A stretch of DNA of 64,000 nt. Source: Paragordius varius. Lineage: Eukaryota; Animalia; Nematomorpha. Positions 1 to 10,068 of this stretch are shown piece after piece. The notes beneath the pieces were generated by a model. The model had not been told where the DNA came from and did not search any database. It was given only the letters and a program-made list of their open reading frames with translations. The DNA is taken from NCBI GenBank assembly GCA_964247055.1, contig OZ176056.1, forward strand, positions 8,990,001 to 9,054,000, given 5' to 3'. The translations under genes and the position numbers were made by a program. Every line of letters starts with the position of its first letter. Position 1 is the stretch's first letter.

Positions 1-1657
1 AATTGTATCATCATAGCTACTTGAAACCAAAATCTACGGAAAAATTGAAAAAAAAATAGAATTAAAATCTTTTCAGAAACTGTTTTTAAATTTACAAGTT
101 CAAAAAATGGTTCTAAAAGTGGTAAAATGTGAATTTAAAAATATTTTGGTATAAAGTGTTTTAACAAGTCAAAGATAATATGTTATAAAAACTATTGTGA
201 AAGCAATAATTACTAGAAAAAACGACAAAATATTAAACTTTTTGATCGCACAAAGTAATGTATATTAAATATGGTTTAATTAAACCACAAATAATATTTC
301 CAAATAAGCCTAAAAAATGGTTGATTCAGTTTTTGATATAAAACCGGATTAAAATTTCATTCATGAATCCGTTGATAAAAAAATATAAACAAAAATCCAA
401 GAAAAAGGCGAATAACGGTATAATTTTGAATTTGGTGGTATATTCTTTTTTTGGAGAATTGTTTTGAAGATAAAGCATTAAATAGTTATGAATTTTCGCA
501 AATTATAATAACCCCGATAATATATTTTACATACCATTGAAAAACAATAATCTTTTCAAAATAAAAATAAAATCCACATTAAAGCGGTAAAAATCAAATC
601 CTCTAAAAGTATTTTGCTTTTTGTTAAAACAACAGTTTTTTGAAAATATTGACTCAAAAACGATAATATTTTACAATTATAAAAATATTTTTGTAATAAA
701 ATTAAATTAAATATTACATCTAAAGTAGGATGCCAACAAACTTTTTTAACATCTTGCGTGTGGCTATTAATTATTCCAGAACATTCGAATTCCATCTCAC
801 AATCAACTGAATATATAAATTTACTATTTTAAATTTAAAAAAATAAGTTTTTTAAAATAATTTTTTTTAACAACTAACTTTCCCAAATCCAAATAGTTTT
901 ATCGCGACCACAAGTTGCCAAATATTTTCCTGAAGGTGAAAAATTTACACATTTAACTTCATTTTCATGGCCCTCTAAACAAATATATGAAAAAAATGGG
1001 AATTAAATTCGTTCAAAATTATAAAGACAAAACAGAAGATATAAAATGAAGGATTTTTTTAAAAAAGTATTTTTTAAATTTTTTAATATAAGCTATCGAT
1101 TTGACTTGAAAAATATAATAGAATATGAATGTAAATTAGTAAACACTCATTTTAATATTTCGCAAAATTGTCATCTAAAAGGACATACAAAGCATAAATA
1201 TAGAATTTTATATAATATAAATTTCTGTATTTTAGTTGTTACTATTAAATTTCTCTATTATAAAAAGTATTTAAAATATAAATTAGTAACATTATCGTGT
1301 TTATAAAATAAACTAAATTTTACCCAAAGATGCAATCGCTTCGTACCCATTTTCTTCTGAGCGCTCCCAAATACATATCGTTGAATCAAAACTTGCGGAT
1401 GCTAAAATTTTACTGTCAGGAGACCAAGCGATCGACCTAATCGTTCTTTTATGTCCCTCTTCAAGGGCGGCCACACAACTCAAAGAACTTTCTGGATAAT
1501 TAGTAAAAGTAACTAAACCATCTTTAAAAGCCCAAATTTTTACAGTTTTATCAGTTCCACAAGATGCCAGATATTTCCCATCAGGACTCCAATTTATATC
1601 CCACACCGTATCCTCATGCGCCCCATCTGACAAAGTCTGCACTAAATCCAGATGCAT
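1..1657 (-). CDS. CIAO1: Cytosolic Fe-S assembly WD40 protein CIAO1/Cia1, N-terminal part; exons 1657-1324, 974-879, 806-718, 33-<1; gene continues beyond the left edge
   Basis: Splicing at GT-AG sites (introns 1323-975, 878-807, 717-34) gives 184 in-frame codons: [27 protein letters not shown]...[14 protein letters not shown]...[14 protein letters not shown]...[33 protein letters not shown]...[13 protein letters not shown]...[11 protein letters not shown]. These match recalled CIAO1 WD40 repeats ([27 protein letters not shown]). Confidence 0.95.
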
Positions 1658-1685
1658 TTCACCCTTCTAAGTTTATCTATCACGC

Positions 1686-4600
1686 ATGTTTAAAGTACCG
1701 TATGGTAGAGCGTTTTTTCAAACGTTTTTTGAATCTTTCTGCACAGCAGTAGGTATTTATTCTTATAATTATAGTTAAACCAAATATCTCCGTAACTGCG
1801 AAAACTTTTCGCTTGGCTAAATGTGGGAAACTTTCAATATATCATCTAAATGATGCAGTTAAAATACGGGGTTGGCTTATTCATTCTCGGTACGATCATA
1901 AGTTTTTGGTGGTTAAAGATGAAACTGGTACTGTACAAGTTTTGTTGGATTATTTTTGTACTCAAATTTTTGCGGATGAAAGCGCAATTGATTTCAAAGA
2001 TTTAGAAATGCCGCTTCAAAGCGTTATCGAGGTTGAGGGCCTAATTTCAAAACGTCCAACTGAGAATCCAAAAATGCCGATTGGAAAAATCGAAATATTG
2101 GCTCAAACCCTAAAATTAATCAACAAAAATTATGTATCCGAAACACAATCCATGTTTATGGATAATCATAACAATTATACGGAATATGAAAAGTTGAGAT
2201 ACAGATATGCCTATCTCAGAACAAATTTTATGCAAAACAATTTAAGGAAACGCGCTAAATTTTTGTCAAGTGTTAGAAACTTCTTGGATGCTGAAAATTT
2301 TGTTGAAATTGAAACACCCTACCTACATAAACCATCACCGCCCAATATGGGTGCCTCAGAATTTCTCGTTAAATCTTCCCTAAAATCTACGGATGATGCA
2401 ATAGATAAACTTGAATCAAATCAGTCATCTTATTATGCTCTTTGCCAGAGTCCGCAAATCCTTAAACAAGCGTTGATGGCTAGTGGTTTTGATCGATATT
2501 ACCAAATTGCTCGATGTTTTCGCAATGAAACGCGAATCTCGTCTGAACGCCAACCCGAATTCACGCAAATAGATTTGGAGGCTTCATTTGCAACACCAAA
2601 CGATATTATGCACTTGATCGAACGAATGCTTGTACATTCGTGGCCTACGCTCTGTGATGCGGGTGTGAACATATATATCTTTTTTACATAAACCTACGTT
2701 TGAAAAAGTATTGTTTTCGAATGAAAAAGTGTTGTATGCTTTCTTAATTATAATTAAGATTGTGGAAAGGTATACTATTTAATTGTATTATAACTTAAAA
2801 AGGTACACCTGATGATCTGCTCTATTATATTTAATAGTCCGTTATTCAAAAATTTATCTTGAGAGCGGTCATTATAATTTACATAAATTAACGGTAGTTA
2901 ACTGTTATTTTTAATGTTAATGCCTGCCCGAGGTTTTGGCTTGATAACTTTTGTAAACATACAATAGAAACCAGTGATATGCAATAACATCTAATTTGCA
3001 AGGATTTTTTCCTAAAGCTCAATTTATGCGCCATGAATGTAATAAATCATGGTAAAATTTAATTTTATAGCCTAAATATTTTAAACCACGAAAAAAATCT
3101 GGGAATTACACTTCTCTATTGCGAATCTATATAAATTAGTTAATAAAGTTACTTCCTATTCTTTATTTTCGATAATCCGCACTGTTAAATTATGTATAAC
3201 AATTTTTTATTCAACAGTTTAATTTAAATACAAAATTTAATAAAAATTCGTTATTATCTTTGTTCAATCGTGAAAGTTTTGTCTTTTGTTTTATATATTA
3301 CTTTTATTTTTTTTGGGGTGCAAAGTCCGACTCCCACCTCCGCGTGGTGCACCCTGGTTAATACCAACGGGAGCGGCAAAGGAAAGAAATCATCTGTGTG
3401 GGGTGTGGTGGAAAAAATAAACTACCATTATTTTTTCCTATAAAATACCACAATACCTGCATTCACACAGATGATAAAGCGGGTTTATCTGGCGCTATAA
3501 CCAGTTGCTAGAAACAACCAATTTGTAATATATGTAAGCGGAGATGGAACTTCGTAAGCCCAGAAAGGCAATTCCATAGGTCAGGGACACCGAAATAGTC
3601 TCTTGATTTGCAAAGGCATGCAAATTGTAAAACAATCGCCTTAATCATACCGTATATGAAAATAATGAATGAATTGACAACACTTTTAAACAATGATATA
3701 TATTTTAAAAATGATAATATTAATCCTACAAATAATTTTATTAATGATATTAATATATGTGATAATCTTAATTTTGATAATAATATTAATTTACATAATA
3801 ACAATATTAATGCTCTCCTAAAAAACCACAAACATCAAAAAACACCCAACAATATGGTAAAACCACTTAAGATCGGCACTTGGAATATCTCGACGCTAGT
3901 CGGTAGATCAAACTTAGTTATCGACCAAATAAAAGAGAAAAACATTGACATCTGTTGCCTCCAGGAAACAAGATATAAATCTGAGGGAAAACTGAATATA
4001 GACAACTATACAATTTTCTACAAAGGTCAAATGAAAGGCCAACATGGAGTGGCTATAGCTATTAAAAATGAATATTGTGATAATATAATAGAAGTAAACA
4101 GACACAACGAAAGAATTATCCAAATACGTATCGGCTTTAAAAAACAAATTCTTAACATACTTTCCATCTATGTTCCCCAGTCTGGATTAAGCGAAGCAAC
4201 CAAACAAGCCTTTTGGAACCAACTATACGACATTTCCCATGCAATACCTCCAAATGACAAAATTTTTATAGGTGGAGATTTCAATTCCCACGTTGGCACT
4301 AATGGTGAAGACTATATGAGAATACATGGAGGAAACGCTTTTGGCAGCCGTAACAAAGAAGGTGATACATTATTGGAATACTGCGCATCTCTTAGACTTA
4401 CTATCTGCAATACCCTCTTCACGAAACCAGCAAAGAAATTAATAACTTATACAAGTGGTAATCAAAATTCTATGGTAGACTACATTTTAACACCCATTCA
4501 AGATAGAAAATTCATTAAAGACTCTAAAACATACCTTACTGACACGCAACATAAATTAATTGTAGCAATAATAACAATAAACAAATCCTATTACCATAGT

Positions 4601-7600
4601 AACCAGAAACCTAAAATAAACTTAGAAAAATTACACCTTCCTGATCTTAAACTTCAACTCTCAGAAACTGTCAATGCATCGCTTAGTCTAACCACAAAAC
4701 ATCTGAACAAGCTTGGGATAATTTTAAAAACAGCATCATCCCAAATGTGCTTAATTGCTGTGGCAGAAAGAAAAAATACAGGAAAAAACAACAATCAAAT
4801 TTGTGGTGGTCAGAATCCATAAAACCTTTAATTAAAATTAAACGCAATAACTATAAAAGATGGAAACAAACAAAAGATAAAAGAGACTTGGAATCATATA
4901 TCAAATCAAATAAAAATTTACAACAAGCCATCAATATTTCAGCCAACAAAAAAGCTTTGGATTTAGCTAAAAAATTAGAACAAGACATGAAAAATCTTAA
5001 GATTTTTCGAACAATAAATTCAATTAACAATAATAAAAAGGACATTAACAAATTTCCTATATTAAAGATAAAGATCAACAACTAGTAACTGAGTGGAGTG
5101 ACATAAGCAATGTCTGGACAACGTATTACAAAGAACAATTTGCACAAAAACATGATTTTGAAACAATAAACCAACCACCAGCAATTGGTCCTCGACCATT
5201 GATAACAAGAGACGATGTAAGAGAAGCCTTGGCCAAGATGAAAAATAACAAAGCTACAGGTCCATCTGAACTCAGCTGTGACATGATCAAAGCTTTACCA
5301 CAATGCATTATACATTTAACTAACATATTCAATCTAATCTTATTAACAAATCGCATCCCTAATGATTGGTCAAAAAGCACCATCATACCCATTTATAAAA
5401 ACAAAGGAGACATACTCGTTTGCTCCTCCTACAGACCACTAAAGTTATTGGAACACCCGTTAAAAATTTTTGAATCCATTATTGAATCAAAACTAAGATC
5501 AATCGTTAGTATACAGGAATCACAATATGCCTATAAACCAAACAGTAGCACAATTGATGCAATCTTCATTTTGAGAAGATTGCAAGAGAACTATTTAGCG
5601 AAAAATAAAAAACTATATCATGTTTTTATTGATTTACAAAGGGCCTTTGATTGTATCCCAGGAAGTTGATCACATCCACACTACGAGCCAATAATGTAGA
5701 TGATTGGATAATTAAATCAATAGAAATGATGTACTACAAAACAACAAACTGCGTCAGATTAACACTAGGTAACACAGCTTTTGTTCCAAACGAATCTGGT
5801 CTTCATCAAGGCTCCATCCTAAGCCCTCTACTCTTCATTTTAATAATGGATTACCTAACAAAAGATATAAAACAAGGCCCGCCATGGGAACTTATCTATG
5901 CGGACGACATTGTCCTCACCGCAACATCAATGGAAGCATTAAATCAAAAGTACAACACATGGAAATCACACTTAGAAAAGGGTGGAATGAATATAAATAT
6001 AAGCAAAACAAAGGTAATGATAACGGGTGAAACTGTATATGAACGACCTAAGTTTCCATGTGGAGTATGTGATTTAGATGTTAAACTCAATTCAATCCTA
6101 TGTACATCATGCAATAAGTGGGTACACAAAAAGTGCTCGCTTATAAAAGGGAAACTAATCAATAATGACAAATTTATATGTGAATCATGTAAAAATAAAA
6201 CAATAAATCACTCATCCACTTCCCTAAATTACGTTTATATGGCAGACACCAAAATCGAATTGGTGAATAATTTCAAATACCTGGGTGATGTCATACATTG
6301 CCTAGGTGGAATAAACCAATCAGTTAAATATAGATCCCAACAGGCTTGGGTAAAATATCATCAACTTAAATTTGTCCTCAAAAATAAACACATATCAGCA
6401 AAAAACAAAGGTTTGATTTACAAAGCCGGCATACGTCCCATACTCCTGTATGGTTGCGAAACGTGGCCGATGACAGATTCAATCGAGAAAAAACTAATGA
6501 ACTTAGAAAAACGGATACTAAATTTATTCCAACCCAATAAGTCAAATTCAAATTTACATCAACTCTACCAAATTGAACCTTTAAATGTCATGCTCAGAAA
6601 AAATAGGCTCAGATATTTCGGACACATCAAACGTGCTCCAGAACAATGGACAAACAAAATTTTATTCCTACATCCTGAAGGTAACAATCGCAGGGGCAGA
6701 CCAACATTCAACTGGGAAAAAACAATAAATAATGATTTAAGTGTTGCCAACATTGATGATAACGCCTGGCAGGATCGCAAATATTACAGACAGCTTCTAT
6801 ACGGATACAATGGCTAGCCATTACACAAAGACGATACGATATTACTTTTATTTGTATCTTTCATCTGATTTCATATAGAGTATCCTTATATTTATCATTA
6901 ATCAGATAAAACTTTTACTTTTTGTATTATTCATTAATTTGACCTTCTTTACAAATATTAATAACATTATTTTACGATGTCACTTTTTTATTTCCATATA
7001 GATGATCCACAAAATATACAAGCTTTATTCCCAACAATGACATATGACGAAGCTATGAGACTTTATGGGTCCGATAAACCAGATCTGAGATATCGCAATG
7101 TTTTACAACTCCAATATTATCCAAATAAAAAGTTTGATAACGAAAATCTAACGCAAACAAATATGGTAGGCTTGCAAATTAATGGCAAAATTTTGCGAAA
7201 CATGGAAAAACTCTTGCTGGTAAACCAAGCAAATGACTCAATTCTATTCAAAGATTTATTGCGCAAAATATTTATTAGTGATGACATACACACGGTTAAT
7301 GTTGACAAAAAGAAATCACAATCCATAATATACTGTTTTAATCAGAATAAAAACAATACAACTTCCCTTATTCCTATAATAAGTTATGATCATGTGCAAC
7401 GTACCCTTGATTTTAACCCAAACAATATTAATATAAATCAAATCGACTCAAATATCCAACTGTGTTTTAACTCCTCGCATAGCTTAAAGAATGCTCAAAT
7501 TGCTATGGGAAGACTCAGGAATCTTTTACTCTCATATTGCTTTTCACAACAAGAGCTCCAAACTCTACGTTCATCAAACATGACGAAAGATTTTGAGTTT

Positions 7601-8116
7601 GTTTGGATAACACATTTCCCGATGTTTGAATTGAAGACTCATAATATCAACGGCGCTGTCAGCATAGGTTCAGTTCATCATCCCTTTACTGCAGTAATAC
7701 CGGAGCATAAATCAACTTTAAACGCAATCTTTCAAAGTATCAAAGAAGATAACTTTAGTACTATAATGAAAGATGACAAATTGGTTGAACATATTTTAGC
7801 GTTACGGGCTCAACACTATGATCTCGTTCTGAATGGCGTTGAAATTGGGGGTGGTTCAGTCCGAATCCATAATAGAATTGAACAAACTGCTGTTTTTTCA
7901 ATTCTATTTGGTGATGGACGATCAAGTCCACAAAATAATCTCGGTTACTTACTGGACATATTGTCAGCCGGGTGTCCACCCCACGCTGGGATAGCTCTGG
8001 GATGTGACCGAATTGTGGCTCTCGCTAGAGGTTGTCAAACAATTCAAGATGTAATAGCCTTTCCAAAATCTGCTAGTGGAAGAGATGTCCTTTCTGACTG
8101 TCCTTGCCCCATATAA
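1686..8116 (+). CDS. DARS2: Mitochondrial aspartyl-tRNA synthetase; proposed join(1686-1752,1775-2662,7002-8116), 689 aa; first exon uncertain
   Basis: Class IIb AspRS motifs are present: OB fold (KCGKL...VKIRGW), motif 1 FVEIETPYL, LCQSPQILKQALMASGFDRYYQIARCFRNE (motif 2), RQPEFTQIDLE, TYDEAMRLYGSDKPDLR, HHPFT, YDLVLNGVEIGGGSVRIH, PPHAGIALGCDR (motif 3), IAFPK. The phase-1 donor G|GT at 2662/2663 matches the phase-1 acceptor TATAG| at 7001/7002. Confidence 0.93.
1753..1774 (+). other. Predicted 22-nt micro-intron in DARS2 (GTATTTATTCTTATAATTATAG)
   Basis: Removing it joins ATG 1686 in frame to the conserved AspRS ORF. Unspliced, the frame stops at TAA 1775-1777. An alternative 70-nt intron (1705-1774) also restores the frame. 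Confidence 0.55.
3315..3376 (+). ncRNA. HDV-like (nested double-pseudoknot) self-cleaving ribozyme, compact form with P4 nearly absent
   Basis: P1 GGGGTGC 3315-21 pairs with GCACCCT 3349-55, including the G1.U wobble. P2 is CTCCC 3331-35/GGGAG 3369-73, extendable by CCG/CGG. P3 is ACC 3336-38/GGT 3346-48 with L3 TCCGCGT. P1.1 is CC 3340-41/GG 3356-57. J4/2 is CCAAC 3364-68. Order and spacing match the HDV/R2/RTE ribozyme fold, and G1 is the first element base after the TSD and T run. Confidence 0.85.
3656..6817 (+). pseudogene. Retrotransposon ORF: AP endonuclease + reverse transcriptase + PHD finger, split by three -1 frameshifts (~4697, ~5056, ~5659) that may be assembly errors
   Basis: APE motifs: IGTWNI, CLQETR, IYVPQ, GGDFNSH, VDYIL, TQHKL. 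RT motifs: KATGPS, YRPLKLL, FIDLQRAFD, GLHQGSILSPLLF, YADD (5897-5908), NISKTK, FKYLG. No in-frame substitution stops were seen; frames step 2>1>0>2. Confidence 0.9.
6059..6190 (+). other. PHD-type C4HC3 zinc finger embedded in the RT thumb region
   Basis: CGVC-x10-CTSC-x4-H-x2-C-x14-CESC lies between SKTKVM and FKYLG. Confidence 0.8.
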
Positions 8117-8587
8117 AACTACTAATGGTCCATAAAGAAAATTGTTAATGTACATCGCTTAGACTCTTTTAAACCAATAATAATTGGAGAAAATTGTATA
8201 ATAATCGCTAATCAGCCTTTTATGGATAAATTAATATATTAGAGAGGGTAATATTTGTTGGATCCGTTTGTGATAAAAGATCAGCATTTGTTAGATTTCA
8301 TTGGAAAAAATAATTAATTTGATATATTTATTAAATATTTCAATTCTAATTTGCAAATAGGGGATTATGTTAACAAAATACAATTACTGAGTTTATCAGC
8401 CAAATAAATGCTGAAATAAAACACAGATGAACAATTTTATTAAATGCCCATAAATTTTATACATATGCTCATTTATTGATTCTATTTAAATAAGGGAGAA
8501 TCATAAAATATATTAAGTGGGATTATTTAGTTTAACTATAAATAAAAAGATTAAATAATCGGTAAAAATATTAGTGTATTGGGTAGC

Positions 8588-8733
8588 TATACATTGTTGA
8601 TTATTGGGAAGTATGGGTTGACGCACAATTTTTATTGAAGGCGGATCAGCTGAGTTTCAGGCTCTTCGATCTAAATGGTGAGCACCACCTTGTACCATGT
8701 AAGATTTTGTGGTGGAACTTAGATGCTTAAGAC
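8588..8733 (-). pseudogene. Orphan, decayed last exon of an S28 serine peptidase (DPP7/PRCP family)
   Basis: The minus strand reads [48 protein letters not shown]. This aligns with the recalled DPP7 C-terminus ([36 protein letters not shown]) including the catalytic His motif. There is an in-frame TGA at 8659-8657, and no upstream exons were recognised. Confidence 0.7.
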
Positions 8734-9903
8734 CTTTTAATAGTTTTTGGGGAATTACAGTAAATATAAAATTATACGGAGAAAACGTAAAAATATAAAA
8801 TAAAAGTCCAAAACGCTGCTTTCTTTATATTTTAAAAATTAAATTTTTATAAAATACAACTCGTTTTAATTGGCAAAATATGAAAAAGAAATGTATATGC
8901 TAACATAATCAACTATGTGTTTTACAATTATAATCAAACAATTCATGCAAAAAGAATTAATTTTTACTGTTTGATAAAAATATAATTATAATATGATATT
9001 AAAAGCCATATTTTTTTAGATACAATGATTGTTTTGGGTTGCCAAATAAAAAATTGAGATGTGAATAGGTAACGCACCTAATGTTACCTTAAATATTAAA
9101 ATTGTTTAAACAAAAAGTAAAATAAAAAGATTAATATATAAAATACAAACAACCATACTTTAACACTTATTTTATTAATATAACGTTTCGTTTTGGATTG
9201 CAAAATATAAGTCATCTATCTAACTCTTAGTTTTATATCAAAACTAACTCTTATTCCTCAATGCTTCAAGCCAATGACAAAATTTTTAGCCATTAATTTT
9301 CATAATTCATTTATTGAATTAATGTTATATAGATTCCATATTTAACCCCTTTAGGGTCATAATATACAAAATAAAAAATAATCATTTAAATCATATATAA
9401 TATTTTGTTTGGTATGGTATTTTTTACAGTATAATATTCATTTGTTTTAAATCAATTAGAGCAGACAGCGCATATAACCCATTTTTTTAAGAACCAGATT
9501 TATACTACAGGCAATACGTTAAAACATAGGAATATTATTATATAAAAGGATAATCATAAGTGTCGAACACAAATCTCTTCGCGGCTGCCATGATAATTTT
9601 TAGTTTTTATTTTGGGATGATATATTATCTAAGTAATCTTCAAAATTTTTAACATTTTTTAGAGCAAATTCGTATACCGAAAAAGTCTGTTGGCATCCCT
9701 GTTTTAAACCTCAATTGTTAACACTATTATGTTATATCTTATTAATTTTAAGTTTCAGAGTTTTAAAAAGTGTGGCAGTTTTTTTGAATTTTTACGTTGA
9801 ATCTGGATAATTTGAATTTCTAACTGTAAAATTGTGAATTTAAATTATACTCTGCACAAAATAGATGCCTTAAAATCTAGTAGTTATTTTGATAGAAGAA
9901 TGT

Positions 9904-10068
9904 ATGATTCTCATGCTGCTTTTGTTTTTGGTTCTTAGGATTGTTAAAGTTACTGCCGATTCCATGTTATCTGCTCCATATCTTAATAGAACCCTAGCTT
10001 GCATTTTTGGCGCCGAATGCATGACTCTCCCTCCACGCAATGCCTTGCATTTTAAAAAAAATGACTAA
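9904..10068 (+). CDS. Possible 54-aa secreted peptide (below the ORF-track cutoff)
   Basis: MILMLLLFLVLRIVKVTADSMLSAPYLNRTLACIFGAECMTLPPRNALHFKKND*: hydrophobic N-terminus, V-T-A cleavage-like site, NRT sequon and two Cys, in a locally GC-richer patch. No homology recognised. Confidence 0.25.
   Translation: MILMLLLFLVLRIVKVTADSMLSAPYLNRTLACIFGAECMTLPPRNALHFKKND

Larger units (their letters stand above)
3315..6840 (+). mobile_element. Full-length RTE-like non-LTR retrotransposon (5' ribozyme, structured 5' UTR, single APE-RT-PHD ORF, ~20-nt 3' UTR, (ACGAT)2 tail)
   Basis: A 15-bp direct repeat ATATTACTTTTATTT at 3295-3309 and 6839-6853 is the target-site duplication (it overlaps the tail by 2 nt). 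ACGATACGAT lies at 6831-6840. The single APE+RT ORF has RTE-type linker (LWWSES..K) and C-terminal motifs (LLYGCETW, RLRYFGH, RGRP..W). Confidence 0.92.
2663..7001 (+). other. 4.3-kb DARS2 intron expanded by a LINE insertion
   Basis: GT at 2663 and pyrimidine tract plus TAG at 6999-7001; the AspRS reading frame is continuous across the junction. Confidence 0.9.

Noticed and set aside
556-1752. ORFs 1046-1306(+), 1564-1752(+) and the tail of 556-795(-)
   Set aside because: These are intronic or antisense to CIAO1; only 718-806 of the minus ORF is a real exon.
1702-1812. DARS2 start at ATG 1702 with TAG read-through or a ciliate-type genetic code
   Set aside because: The long conserved ORFs contain no in-frame TAA/TAG and end in TAA. 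ATP5MK needs a frame-changing splice anyway, so micro-introns explain the data more simply.
1813-8116. Bacterial aspS or horizontal transfer
   Set aside because: The gene has spliceosomal introns, host-like AT content and eukaryotic neighbours; bacterial-type motifs are expected for mitochondrial AspRS.
3508-8155. Minus-strand ORFs overlapping the LINE and DARS2
   Set aside because: They are antisense shadows of A-rich coding strands with no motifs.
9067-9089. AGGTAAC/GTTACCT hairpin; also small stems at 2890-2908 and 10083-10099
   Set aside because: Stems of 7 bp or less are expected by chance and have no supporting context.
9034-9701. Possible hAT TIR pair (TTGGGTTGCCAA / GTTGGCATCCCTG)
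   Set aside because: The left end is mismatched and the flanking 8-mers (TGATTGTT vs TTTTAAAC) do not form a TSD.
9960-10045. Minus-strand Cys-rich string CVEGESCIRRQKCKLGFY
   Set aside because: It is too short, is closed by a stop, has no clear splice sites and overlaps the better plus-strand small ORF.
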